64,000 bases of DNA from positions 130,695 to 194,694 of the forward strand of contig CAYGVI010000003.1 of assembly GCA_964353335.1 (NCBI GenBank). Direction: 5' to 3'. Positions 20,036 to 29,631 of this stretch are shown here, piece after piece; within the stretch, counting starts at the first letter, position 1; the number at the start of each line of letters is the position of its first letter. The DNA comes from an uncultured Methanosarcinales archaeon (GTDB taxonomy: Archaea; Nanobdellota; Nanobdellia; Woesearchaeales; ARS49). The position numbers were made by a program, and so were the translations under genes. Under the pieces are notes generated by a model. That model had not been told where the DNA came from, did no database searches, and saw only the letters and a program-made list of their open reading frames with translations.

Positions 20036-20553
20036 AAAAGCTTAATGTTGGCTGCGGAAATGACATAAAGCAAGGATGGACTAATCTTGATTTCAAACGC
20101 ATTTCAGGGGTTGATGTTGTCCAGGATATCAACAAGACCCCCTGGCCATTCAAGGCAAACTCATTTGATGAAGTATTATGCCAGGATGTGCTTGAGCATT
20201 CAGATGATGTCATCTCTGTTATGAATGAGATTCACAGGATTCTCAAGCCAAATGGAATTGTTCTCATCAGAGTTCCTCATTTTACAAGCGCAGGAGCATT
20301 CACTGACCCGACCCACAGGCACTTTTTCGGTTGGGGCTCATTCAATTATTTCCAAAAAGCGAGCAAATATCATTATTACGCAGATTTCTCTTTTGAAATT
20401 GTAAAAAGGAAGCTTGAGTTCGGCAAAAAGTTTGCAATATGGAATTGGCTTGTTCAACCGTTAGTTAACCTTATGCCAATGGTTTATGAAAGTACGCCCC
20501 TGAGGATATTCCCTGCAATGAACCTTCACTTTGCCCTGCGCAAGCCAAAGTGA
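20032..20553 (+). CDS. class I SAM-dependent methyltransferase (Methyltransf_11)
   Basis: MKKLNVGCGND...LKPNGIVLIRVPH. Start at ATG 20032 overlaps the upstream stop (ATGA); the track ORF 19939 start gives a 97-nt overlap. Confidence 0.75.
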   Translation: MKKLNVGCGNDIKQGWTNLDFKRISGVDVVQDINKTPWPFKANSFDEVLCQDVLEHSDDVISVMNEIHRILKPNGIVLIRVPHFTSAGAFTDPTHRHFFGWGSFNYFQKASKYHYYADFSFEIVKRKLEFGKKFAIWNWLVQPLVNLMPMVYESTPLRIFPAMNLHFALRKPK

Positions 20554-22025
20554 GATGCAATCCAAGCGATTTCTTCCCTGCTGACGATTTTCAGCGCAAG
20601 CAAAAGCAGGCAGTATGCAATTCCGCCTGCAAAAGCGCCGATAGCAAGTTCAATCCACGGGTTTAATGACAGCAATGCCTTTACCCCTGAAATTATTCCT
20701 GCAAGGATTATTGCTGCAAGAAGTGTCTTTGCCCAGACCACCCATGGCTCGCGGATTCTCAAAATCCGTCTTATTCCGCGCGAACTAAGCGCAAGCATGA
20801 GCAAATAGCTGAGCGATGTTCCGCAGGCAGCGCCGATTATGCCAAAACGCGGGACAAGCGCGAGATTAAGAATTACATTTGCAACTGCTGAAATGAGCAT
20901 TATTGTTGTGGTGTATTTGGGCCTGCCAAGGCCGAAAAGCGCATTAAGGTTTGTGTAAGCAATAGAGTAAAGCACCATGCCACCCGCAAGAATCTGGAGT
21001 GCAGGCGCTGAATTGATGAATTTGTCCCCAAAAAACAGCCTGATAAAAATTTCAGGGAATGCAATAAGAACCACTGCCATTGGAATTATTGCAATAAACA
21101 CATACTTGTGCAGGAATTCTATTCCTTTTCTCAATTGAATCCGCTTTTTTAGCGCGAGCAGTTCTGATATCAGCGGTGTGGCAACTGCAGATACTGAATA
21201 CGCAACATAAAGCACAAGCCCTGCAAGAGGCGCCGCAACCTGATAAAGTCCGACGCTTGCCAGGTCCTTGAAATAACTGAGCATTAGTGTGTCTGTGTAT
21301 TGCAGGACATTATTGCCGAAAATTGTAAGCATTGCCGGAAGCCCGAAAAGGATAAGGCGGGAAAAGTCCTGTCCTGCAAGCAGTGCGTGCGCTTTCCAGA
21401 ATTGTTTGAACACTTTTTTTGTGAACAGGAAGAAAAAGAACAAAAATACAACCACATACATTATCAGGTAAGCCCAGACCGGTGCAAGAATGCCAAAACC
21501 AAGCCATAAAAGCACAAAAGAAATTGCAAGCACAACAAGGTTTCTCGACAGGTCCTGCAATGAATAAAGAAACATCCTTTGGAAACTCTGTAATCCAATA
21601 GAAACAACATTTTGGGCAAAAGAAACAAAAAATATTATGGCAAATAAAATCAATAATTTGGTATCGCTTGTGTGAAAGAATGTAGGCATTATTTGAGGGG
21701 CAAATGTTATCAGCAGGAATGCAATGATTGCTGAGGAAAACAACTGTATAAGGAAGCTTGATGAAATCAGCGATTTTATCCTGTTCCAGTCTTTTTTGAC
21801 AATAAGCTCTGGAATGAATTTCAGCAGTGCATATCCCTGCCCAAGGTCCTTGAACAAGACCAGCAGGTTTATGAAAGAAAATAATGCGAAGAAAAGCCCG
21901 TAGTCTTCAATGCTGAGTTTCCTTGCGAGCAAAAACCTGAGAAAATACGCGGACAATGCCGCCATAAGTGTAAGAACAAAGACAGTTGCTGCGCCATGAA
22001 GCGCTTTTTTTGCATAAGACACCAT
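20526..22025 (-). CDS. Wzx/MOP-family polysaccharide flippase
   Basis: 499 aa, about 14 TM; typical polysaccharide biosynthesis protein C-terminal architecture. Confidence 0.8.
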   Translation of the reverse strand: MVSYAKKALHGAATVFVLTLMAALSAYFLRFLLARKLSIEDYGLFFALFSFINLLVLFKDLGQGYALLKFIPELIVKKDWNRIKSLISSSFLIQLFSSAIIAFLLITFAPQIMPTFFHTSDTKLLILFAIIFFVSFAQNVVSIGLQSFQRMFLYSLQDLSRNLVVLAISFVLLWLGFGILAPVWAYLIMYVVVFLFFFFLFTKKVFKQFWKAHALLAGQDFSRLILFGLPAMLTIFGNNVLQYTDTLMLSYFKDLASVGLYQVAAPLAGLVLYVAYSVSAVATPLISELLALKKRIQLRKGIEFLHKYVFIAIIPMAVVLIAFPEIFIRLFFGDKFINSAPALQILAGGMVLYSIAYTNLNALFGLGRPKYTTTIMLISAVANVILNLALVPRFGIIGAACGTSLSYLLMLALSSRGIRRILRIREPWVVWAKTLLAAIILAGIISGVKALLSLNPWIELAIGAFAGGIAYCLLLLALKIVSREEIAWIASHFGLRRAK

Positions 22026-22061
22026 GCACCCAAGTCCGTGAATATGCTATATAAAGATTAT

Positions 22062-22258
22062 GGACGACCACAACATTTTAAAACAGGGTCTGGCTTGCCT
22101 TCAGTCGTGGAAGAGCAGCCAAAGAAAGTGTGGAACTGGCAAGTCAAGGCAGCCATTATTGCAGTTATACTGTATCTCGGGGTTGCGCTGTCCTTGTACA
22201 TGAAGCTAAAGCACCTGCCCGGGCCTTATTATGGCGGAGACCTTTATGCCCACCATGG
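22062..22258 (+). repeat. direct repeat copy L (truncated 5' fragment of gene 26747..28540), about 95% identical to 26768..26964
   Basis: Nucleotide identity visible directly (ggacgaccacaacattttaaaa ... tttatgcccaccatgg). Encodes GRPQHFK..VEEQPKKVWNWQVKAAIIAVILYLGVALSLYMKLKHLPGPYYGGDLYAHHG, then diverges and stops. Confidence 0.85.
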
Positions 22259-22408
22259 GTTTTGTGCTTGAAAAAATCTGTGTAGTAATGGCAGGTGGAT
22301 CCTGCGAATCAAGGGTGATTTAACACATTTAGCTTTTTAGCCGTTGCTGATCATTTGCCTGTCAGCAAAGCAAGCGTTACTGCTTATTTATGCAAATCGC
22401 ATAGAAAA

Positions 22409-23092
22409 CTATCTTTTAATAATCATACATTGAGACATGGGTAATTGAATAATTTGTTCATTTTTGTCTTTAAAAAATTCATCAAACGCTTTTTTAACGC
22501 CTTGGGCATGATAATCGTGTGAGATGATTATGCCACCTTTTGACATTTTATCATAAAAAAATTCAAGGCAATCTTTTGTGCTTTTGTAAATATCTACATC
22601 CAGATGTACAAAAGCGAATTTTTTGTTTTGAATGAAATTGCCTGTTTCTGGAAACAGTCCTTTATAAATGTGGACATGGGGATATCTTTGTAGTTTATGT
22701 TTGACTTTTTGAAAGTCAGACTTCCACATTTTTGTCTTGTATTTTGTATCTATTTTATCAACTTCGGGCAGCCCTTCGAATGTGTCAAATAGATGCAACT
22801 GTTTATTGCCTTTCGATTCACATATTGCTTTTGCAGTCGCACCCTTGAATACACCAACCTCTGCATAATCCCCCTCGATACTTGTTTGGTTTTTTGCAAA
22901 GGAATAAACAAAAAATAATTCGCTCGGTTTCAATAAAAATGGGCGGTCCTCGCTAATTATTTGTTTCATTAAATTCATTGTTTTTTTATCATGATAATAT
23001 CCCATGAATTTAAATTCAATACTTGAGAATAAACGCTGAATTGCAAATCCTATGGGGGATCTGCTTATTCTATCAATAAATTTTTGCATCAT
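22409..23092 (-). CDS. TylF/MycF-like (macrocin O-methyltransferase family) sugar O-methyltransferase
   Basis: AEVGVFKGATAKAI ... FVHLDVDIYKST ... GGIIISHDY: class I MTase of the TylF/CmcI type; AT-rich gene. Confidence 0.65.
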   Translation of the reverse strand: MMQKFIDRISRSPIGFAIQRLFSSIEFKFMGYYHDKKTMNLMKQIISEDRPFLLKPSELFFVYSFAKNQTSIEGDYAEVGVFKGATAKAICESKGNKQLHLFDTFEGLPEVDKIDTKYKTKMWKSDFQKVKHKLQRYPHVHIYKGLFPETGNFIQNKKFAFVHLDVDIYKSTKDCLEFFYDKMSKGGIIISHDYHAQGVKKAFDEFFKDKNEQIIQLPMSQCMIIKR

Positions 23093-23201
23093 ATTTTTAA
23101 TAATATCGAAATGGTTTTAAAGCTTTTCTTTTGCCGGGTGAAAAGTCATCAAAAGGTCTTGTGGCAAGCTGAATCCCAAGAGCGATGTTGTTTGGGGCAA
23201 T

Positions 23202-23927
23202 TTACTTATTGTAAACCCCCCTTAAATCGTTCATTCTTATTTTCACAATATCTCTGCCATTATGGGTTATGTTCCCTATCGCAGTGAAATTGCTTGAGTC
23301 AGAATCTATCCATGTGATGGGCACTTCTTTGATATGAAAACCGAATTTTTTTGCGAGATATAGAAGTTCGACATCAAATGCGCCGTCCCTGATTGTCTGC
23401 TTCTCAAAAATAACCCTGCAATGTCTCTTGAACATCTTAAATCCGCACTGGGTGTCCTTTATCTTCATGTTTAATATCAACCGTTTCCAGAAGGAAAAGC
23501 CCCTGCTAAGAACCATCTTGAAAAACTTCCTTTCTATTTTTGATTCCTTGAGCGCTCTTGATGCAATAAGGATATCATAGTCATCAATAATTTCCAGGAA
23601 TTTGTTAACTTCGCATAATGGGGTGCTTAAATCATTGTCATAAAACAGGATAAGGCCGTATTTTGCCTGCATTGCCCCTGCCCTGACTGAAAACCCCTTT
23701 CTCAGGCGTTCCTGGTTGACTATCAGCTTCAGCTCCTTGTTTTTTGAAAGGTGCTTCTGAATTGTGCTGATTGTCTGGTCTCCTGAGCGGTCAGCGACAA
23801 AGATAATCTCAAAATTGCCAATTAGCGGGTTGTTCCTGAAAAAGAACAGAGATTCTATGATGCACCGCTCAACACGCTTTTCTTCCTTGTATACCGGAAC
23901 AACAACAGATATATCGTGCTTTTTCAT
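23202..23927 (-). CDS. GT2 glycosyltransferase
   Basis: ISVVVPVYKEEKRVERCI..IFVADRSGDQT; AT-rich. Confidence 0.8.
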   Translation of the reverse strand: MKKHDISVVVPVYKEEKRVERCIIESLFFFRNNPLIGNFEIIFVADRSGDQTISTIQKHLSKNKELKLIVNQERLRKGFSVRAGAMQAKYGLILFYDNDLSTPLCEVNKFLEIIDDYDILIASRALKESKIERKFFKMVLSRGFSFWKRLILNMKIKDTQCGFKMFKRHCRVIFEKQTIRDGAFDVELLYLAKKFGFHIKEVPITWIDSDSSNFTAIGNITHNGRDIVKIRMNDLRGVYNK

Positions 23928-23993
23928 TGATGATATGCCCTTGGGAATCCTTTATAAAATTATCCCTTTTTGGCAGGGGAAGAAAAATCAGGC

Positions 23994-24980
23994 TTAAATT
24001 TCATGGCCGCCGAGATAAACAATTCTTGAACCTTCAGGGTCAAATGCGAATTTAATCTCGCGCAGGGGCAGGCTTTCCCTAAGCTTCTGCTGTTTGTCCT
24101 TGTCGCAGTAAAGCAGCAGGAACCCGCCGCCGCCTGCGCCCAGCAGCTTTCCGCCTGTGGCGCCTGATTCAAGGGCTTTTTTGTAATAAGCGTCAATGAT
24201 GTCATTGGATATTCCCGATGCAATCTCTTTTTTCAGCAGCCAGCCTTTGTTAAGTATTTCCCCGAATGATGAAAGGTCGCCGCCAGTGAGGGCATCGCGC
24301 AGTTCAAACACCAAATCACGCATTTTACACAGCTTCAGCCATTTTTCCTGTTTGAGAGTCTCTTTTTTCTGTTCAGTCAGGATTGTCCGCGACTGGCGCG
24401 TGATTCCTGTGTAAAAAAGCACAAGGTTGTCCTCAAGCGCTTTTTTTGTTTCATCCGGGATTTTGATCGGCTCCACAGCAACACTGCCGTCAGGATTGAA
24501 CCTTATCACATTAAGGCCGCCGAGCGCACAGGCATATTGGTCCTGTTTTCCAATAGGCTCCTTAAGCTCATCAATCTCAATCTCGCACGCCTCTTTTGCA
24601 AGAGTATGGTTTTCCTTGTTCTCATTGAGCGCGGTATAAAGCGCCTTGAGCAGACCGACAGTAAATGCTGATGATGACCCCAAGCCTGTTCCTGACGAGG
24701 GAATATCTGCAAAACTTGCCATTTCCAAAGGCATCTTGTTCTTTGTTTTCAGGAAGCACTGCCTTATGAGGGGGTGCTGTATCTCCTGCGCATCCTTGAT
24801 AAGCTCTGTCCTTGCGTATTTCAGCAGGATATTGTCCTCAAACTGCCTGTTTACTGCAATGTACATGTATTTTTTGATTGTTGTGGACAATACTGTCCCC
24901 TGCTCTTTCTCATAAAATTCCTTCAGGTCAGTTCCGCCGCCTGCAAAACTAATGCGGAATGGGGTTTGTGTGACAATCAC
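23994..24980 (-). CDS. hddA: D-glycero-alpha-D-manno-heptose 7-phosphate kinase (GHMP kinase)
   Basis: MIVTQTPFRISFAGGGTDL..., GHMP kinase motif PLEMASFADIPSSGTGLGSSSAF. Sits in an operon with a nucleotidyltransferase and next to a GmhB-like phosphatase. Confidence 0.75.
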   Translation of the reverse strand: MIVTQTPFRISFAGGGTDLKEFYEKEQGTVLSTTIKKYMYIAVNRQFEDNILLKYARTELIKDAQEIQHPLIRQCFLKTKNKMPLEMASFADIPSSGTGLGSSSAFTVGLLKALYTALNENKENHTLAKEACEIEIDELKEPIGKQDQYACALGGLNVIRFNPDGSVAVEPIKIPDETKKALEDNLVLFYTGITRQSRTILTEQKKETLKQEKWLKLCKMRDLVFELRDALTGGDLSSFGEILNKGWLLKKEIASGISNDIIDAYYKKALESGATGGKLLGAGGGGFLLLYCDKDKQQKLRESLPLREIKFAFDPEGSRIVYLGGHEI

Positions 24981-25714
24981 GTTTTCACCTTTCCTGTCCG
25001 CAGGTCATTCTCTGCCTCTTTTAACCTTTCGGCAGTTCCGATGTCTTTTAGGTATTCTGTGGTGTAATATCCGTAGACCTTGAATTTGTTCTTAACCAGC
25101 GATGGAAGGATATCTTTTCCAAAATCAAAACTGCCTGATTCCGGAATCAGTGAGAAGCATTCGGGGTTAAGTATGTACAATGCCGCATTGGTGATGTTGC
25201 CGTAATCCGCATTTCCCGGCTTGTGCACAAGCTTTTCAACTTCGCCTGACTTGTTCATTATCACCACGTCGCTGTCTTCAGGGTGGCGTGATTCGTGCAC
25301 GACCAGTGTTGCCTGCGCACCGCGCTCAAAATGGAAATCAATAATTTTTCTCAGGTCAATGTTAATCAGCACATCGCCGTACAAGACCACAACAGGCTGT
25401 TTTTCCTTCTCAAGGTGCTTTAATCCGCCGCAGGTCCCCATTGGCTCTTTTTCTACAAAATATTCTATTGCGCAGTTGAAGCGCCCGCCGTTTCCAAAAT
25501 AATCCTCGATTTTTTTTGAAAGATATCCTGTTTTCAACAGAAACCTTGAAAGCCCGTTTTTCCTTGCATGCGACAGGATGTGCTCAAGGATTGGCTTTCC
25601 AAGCAGGTCAATCATTGGTTTTGGCTTGTCAGTTGCAATACCCTGCAGCCTTTTCCCAACTCCTCCTGCAATAATGACCGTTTTAATGTCGCCCAGCGGA
25701 ATATCCATTCCCAC
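24977..25714 (-). CDS. hddC: D-glycero-alpha-D-manno-heptose 1-phosphate guanylyltransferase (NTP_transferase)
   Basis: KTVIIAGGVGKRLQGIATDKPKPMIDLLGKPILEHIL: sugar-1-P nucleotidyltransferase signature; overlaps hddA by 4 nt. Confidence 0.75.
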   Translation of the reverse strand: MGMDIPLGDIKTVIIAGGVGKRLQGIATDKPKPMIDLLGKPILEHILSHARKNGLSRFLLKTGYLSKKIEDYFGNGGRFNCAIEYFVEKEPMGTCGGLKHLEKEKQPVVVLYGDVLINIDLRKIIDFHFERGAQATLVVHESRHPEDSDVVIMNKSGEVEKLVHKPGNADYGNITNAALYILNPECFSLIPESGSFDFGKDILPSLVKNKFKVYGYYTTEYLKDIGTAERLKEAENDLRTGKVKT

Positions 25715-25815
25715 ACCACCATCAATGCGTTACGTACTGTTGTTTTTAAATCTTATTAACTTATAGGGGAGGGAAATACGAAAGCTTAAAAGAGAAGGTC
25801 AACGTGTGATTGAAC

Positions 25816-26394
25816 ATGAACAGAGCAGTTTTCCTGGACCGTGATGGTGTCATTAACAGAAACCTTCCTAATCTGGTGAGCGAGAAACAGTTTGAATTGG
25901 TAAGTGATTCGGTGCCTGCAGCAGTAAAACGCGCAAAAGAGGCAGGATACCGTGTAATTATTATAACAAATCAGCCTGTAATTGCAAAAGGCTTCTGCAC
26001 AAGGGAGGATGTTGAGCGCATACACGAGCATATGAAATCAATTCTTGCAGCAAAAGGTGCGCGTATTGATGCAATCTATGTCTGTCCGCATCATCCTGAG
26101 AAAGGTTTTGCTGGCGAGGTTAAGGCGCTCAAAATAGACTGTGACTGCCGCAAGCCAAAGCCAGGGCTGATACTTCAGGCGGCAAAAGAGCACCAGATTG
26201 ACCTGGGCAATTCCTGGATGATTGGCGACTCTGTTGTTGATGTTGCGGCGGGCAAGGCAGCAGGAGTAAGAACAATACTTCTGGCCGGAAGCGAAAATGG
26301 CAGCAAGGATGAAAAGCGCATAACTGCAGTCCCTGATTTTCAAGCCATTGACATTAATGAAGCGGTTTCTATTGTGCTGAACAATCATACATAA
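25816..26394 (+). CDS. gmhB: D,D-heptose 1,7-bisphosphate phosphatase (HAD, histidinol-phosphatase family)
   Basis: AVFLDRDGVIN (HAD motif I) and the GmhB zinc motif CPHHP...CDCRKPKPG. Confidence 0.85.
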   Translation: MNRAVFLDRDGVINRNLPNLVSEKQFELVSDSVPAAVKRAKEAGYRVIIITNQPVIAKGFCTREDVERIHEHMKSILAAKGARIDAIYVCPHHPEKGFAGEVKALKIDCDCRKPKPGLILQAAKEHQIDLGNSWMIGDSVVDVAAGKAAGVRTILLAGSENGSKDEKRITAVPDFQAIDINEAVSIVLNNHT

Positions 26395-26426
26395 TCTTTA
26401 AATACGTTCTCTGTGAGTTTTATTGC

Positions 26427-26648
26427 ATGGCCACAAGCTCAGCATGCCTTGTTGTCTGGAATGGCGAGGATGAGATACGCGGATGCCTAGAAAGCATAAA
26501 GAAAGTTGTTGACGAAATTATAGTTGTGCATGACGGTCCATGCAGTGACAGGAAGAAGGTTGATGAAAGACAGCAGCACGAAGAAAAGACAATAATCCTC
26601 AATGCTCAGCCTGCGGGCAAGCATCAGCCTGAACACTTACGCTGCTAG
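26427..26648 (+). pseudogene. N-terminal fragment of a GT2 glycosyltransferase (truncated)
   Basis: ACLVVWNGEDEIRGCLESIKKVVDEIIVVHDGPCSD resembles a GT2 N-terminus, but the ORF ends after 73 aa with unrelated sequence. Confidence 0.45.
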
Positions 26649-26746
26649 CGCTGCAAGAAGCAAAAGGACCAACAATGTTGCCGTGAAGCGCTCGGCAGGT
26701 ATATGAAACCATATTCTAATTGCCGTTCACACAATATATACCGAGT

Positions 26747-28540
26747 ATGGATAAGGCGTGCAGCTTCGGACGACCACAACATTTTAAAATAGGGTCTGGC
26801 TTGCGTTTGGCTGTGGAAGAGCAGCCAAAGAAAGTGTGGAACTGGCAAGTCAAGGCAGCCATTATTGCAGTTATACTGTATCTCGGGGTTGCGCTGTCCT
26901 TGTACATGAAGCTGAAGCACCTGCCCGGCCCTTATTATGGCGGCGACCTTTATGCCCACCATGGATTTGCGCTCAACTACATGGCAAACGGTTTCTGGAG
27001 CGACCCGTATTTCATCAATAATTACTCATTTTATCCCTGGCTTGGCAACTACATATTCATCGCGCTCAACCTTTTGCCAGGCATAACTGTGTTAAAGGCT
27101 GAAATGTTTGTCGGGCTTGCCACAACAATACTCTCAGCAATTGCATATTATTTTCTTGGAAGGCAGCTTTTCAAGAGCGACACCTGGGCGCTTGTGCTTA
27201 TGCTCTTCTCGCTTGTCACAAGAGGGATTCCTGACGGCGCGCCCAACCTTGTGCCATGGATGATTACGATTCCTTTCTGGTTTGCCTTCTGGCTCAAGGC
27301 AGAGGAAACAGGAAAACTGCGCGACAAGGCTCTTGCAGGATTGTTCATGGGCCTTACAAGCCTTGCCCACGTGGCATTTTTTCTTGCGGGAATGGCGGTT
27401 TTTGCTTTTACAGCAGTGGTTGAGACTTTAAAGCAGAAAGACAAGAAGCAAGCAGTTGTTGCCGCGTTCAGGCTGTATGCTCCAATGCTCATAGTCGGAT
27501 TTTTCGTGTCCCTACTGTTCTATGGACCGATAATTATCAATTATCATGCAAAGACCCTTAACCCGCTTTTCCAGTACAATGGCACTGACATTGACAACCT
27601 TGGAATTGGCTGGGTGATCAAGACGCTTTGGAACGCGACACTTAACTTTTCCTCAATTCCCGCCGCAGTCCTTAGCATACTCAGCATTATCGGGCTTGTG
27701 GTCTGCATGATGAACTGGAACAAGAAAGCGCCAAGATATGCTGTGCTTTGGTATATCGCAGGCTTTCTTGCGCCGCTGCACCACATTATCACAAGGCCTT
27801 TGCTTGGCAGGTGGATACTTCCATCACACCTCTTTGCGCTTGCCCTTCCATTGCTGATATTCGCAGTCTACGGTGTCCGCGCTGTTGAACAGTTCGCAGC
27901 CAGAAAATCCCCCAATTCGAAGCGCATTGTCGCGATTGGAGTCATAATCCTTGTGCTCCTCCTGTTCTGGCAGCGCTATAATGACTACAATGCAAATCCA
28001 TGGGTGCAGTTTGGCCAGCGCCTTGACCCTTCAACACAGGCATGGATGTCATTTGGGGTGTGGATGGAGAAAAACACAGGCATTAATGACGTTGTGCTGA
28101 GCAATGACGAGACATGCTTTGCGATGAACGGCATGAGCGGAAGAAAATGCGTATTTGTGCGCAGGACTCACGCGAACTACTTTGTTGATGTTGAGCAGAG
28201 GTATGCAGACGGAGTTGTGATGCTCTATGGCAACAACAGCGCTTTGACAAGCAGGCTTCTTGGCGATTACAAGGTGGACTATGTGCTTATTGACGCATAC
28301 ATGCAGCAGCAGCCTGTGCTTTTGGACGCGAAGTTTGAACAGTATTTGCTTGATAACAATGTAACATTCACAAAGATACGCGAGCGCAAAGACCTTTCAG
28401 TCCCTGATGCAAAAGTGTTTGACCTTCTTGCTGTTCCTTTCCAGCAGATTAACAAGGCGCTTGAGTCAAAGCTCAGCCCTGCCACAGAAGCAAATATCGG
28501 CACACAGGCGTATCTCAAGCTGTACAGGATAAATAGGTAA
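26747..28540 (+). CDS. large polytopic membrane protein, putative GT-C-like glycosyltransferase/polymerase
   Basis: About 598 aa, >10 TM with soluble C-terminal region; N-terminal TM AAIIAVILYLGVALSLYM. The start (ATG 26747 or the GTG of VWNW) is uncertain. Confidence 0.5.
   Translation: MDKACSFGRPQHFKIGSGLRLAVEEQPKKVWNWQVKAAIIAVILYLGVALSLYMKLKHLPGPYYGGDLYAHHGFALNYMANGFWSDPYFINNYSFYPWLGNYIFIALNLLPGITVLKAEMFVGLATTILSAIAYYFLGRQLFKSDTWALVLMLFSLVTRGIPDGAPNLVPWMITIPFWFAFWLKAEETGKLRDKALAGLFMGLTSLAHVAFFLAGMAVFAFTAVVETLKQKDKKQAVVAAFRLYAPMLIVGFFVSLLFYGPIIINYHAKTLNPLFQYNGTDIDNLGIGWVIKTLWNATLNFSSIPAAVLSILSIIGLVVCMMNWNKKAPRYAVLWYIAGFLAPLHHIITRPLLGRWILPSHLFALALPLLIFAVYGVRAVEQFAARKSPNSKRIVAIGVIILVLLLFWQRYNDYNANPWVQFGQRLDPSTQAWMSFGVWMEKNTGINDVVLSNDETCFAMNGMSGRKCVFVRRTHANYFVDVEQRYADGVVMLYGNNSALTSRLLGDYKVDYVLIDAYMQQQPVLLDAKFEQYLLDNNVTFTKIRERKDLSVPDAKVFDLLAVPFQQINKALESKLSPATEANIGTQAYLKLYRINR
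26768..26964 (+). repeat. direct repeat copy R (inside the 5' end of gene 26747..28540)
   Basis: About 95% identical to 22062..22258. Confidence 0.85.
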
Positions 28541-28584
28541 TCCATAAGCTTTTTAAGCATCCTGCAAGGAGCACAAATAGAAAA

Positions 28585-29631
28585 ATGGCACAAAAACAAC
28601 TTACATTCCTTATTACCGGCGGGGCAGGATTTCTCGGCCACAACCTTGCACGATATCTGTTAAAGAAAGGCTGCAAAGTAAGGACAGTTGACCTGGGTGA
28701 TTTTGATTATCCTGACATAAAGGGAGTACAGCACTTCAAGGGGGACATAAGAAACAAGGAAATACTGCGAAAGGCAGCAGCAGGTGTGGACAGTATTGTG
28801 CACGCAGCTGCAGGACTGCCTTTATGGAAGCCCGCTGAAATACGCTCTGTCAACATAAACGGCATCAAGGCAGTATTTGCTGTTGCTGAGGAGCTTGGAA
28901 TTGAGCGCGTTGTGCACATCTCAAGCACTGCTGTTTACGGAATCCCTGACCACCATCCTCTTTACGAAAATGACAGGCTTGTGGGAGTCGGTCCATATGG
29001 CGAGAGCAAGGTTGCTGCTGAAAAAATTGCAGAATCTTTCAGGAACAGGATGTGCGTCCCAATCCTCAGGCCCAAATCATTCATTGGCGCAGGGCGCCTC
29101 GGCGTATTTGACGTTCTTTTTGACTGGGTAAGGCGCGGAAAAAACATTCCAATGGTCGGCTGGGGAAACAATCTCTACCAGCTTTTGCATGTTGAGGATT
29201 TGAACCAAGCAATCTGGCTTGCATCAACAAAGCCGGCGAAGATTGCGAATGACACTTTCAATGTCGGCGCTGAAAAATTCAGCACAATGAAAAAAGACTA
29301 TCAGGCATTGCTCAACTATGCAGGCTTTCACAAGCGCGTGATAGGGACTCCGCCCTGGCTTGTGATTAACACTCTCAGGATTCTTGAAAAGCTCAAGCTC
29401 TCGCCCTTGTACAGGTGGGTTTATGAGACAGCTGATAAGGATTCTTTTGTTTCGATAGACAAAGCAAAGAAAGTGCTCGGCTTCAGGCCAAAGTACAGCA
29501 ATGTTGATGCCCTGATTGACAGCTACAAGTGGTATTTGCAGCACTACAAGGAATACCAGGGCAAAACAGGAGTCACGCACAGGGTTCCTTGGAAGCAGGG
29601 CATCCTGTCCATAGTAAGATGGTTTTTCTAA
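28585..29631 (+). CDS. NAD-dependent epimerase/dehydratase (extended SDR)
   Basis: ITGGAGFLGHNL (GxxGxxG) and YGESK (YxxxK). Confidence 0.85.
   Translation: MAQKQLTFLITGGAGFLGHNLARYLLKKGCKVRTVDLGDFDYPDIKGVQHFKGDIRNKEILRKAAAGVDSIVHAAAGLPLWKPAEIRSVNINGIKAVFAVAEELGIERVVHISSTAVYGIPDHHPLYENDRLVGVGPYGESKVAAEKIAESFRNRMCVPILRPKSFIGAGRLGVFDVLFDWVRRGKNIPMVGWGNNLYQLLHVEDLNQAIWLASTKPAKIANDTFNVGAEKFSTMKKDYQALLNYAGFHKRVIGTPPWLVINTLRILEKLKLSPLYRWVYETADKDSFVSIDKAKKVLGFRPKYSNVDALIDSYKWYLQHYKEYQGKTGVTHRVPWKQGILSIVRWFF

Noticed and set aside
21996-22271. 91-aa ORF called as a gene
   Set aside because: It is the orphan left copy of the 197-bp direct repeat (truncated 5' fragment of gene 26747..28540), not an independent gene.
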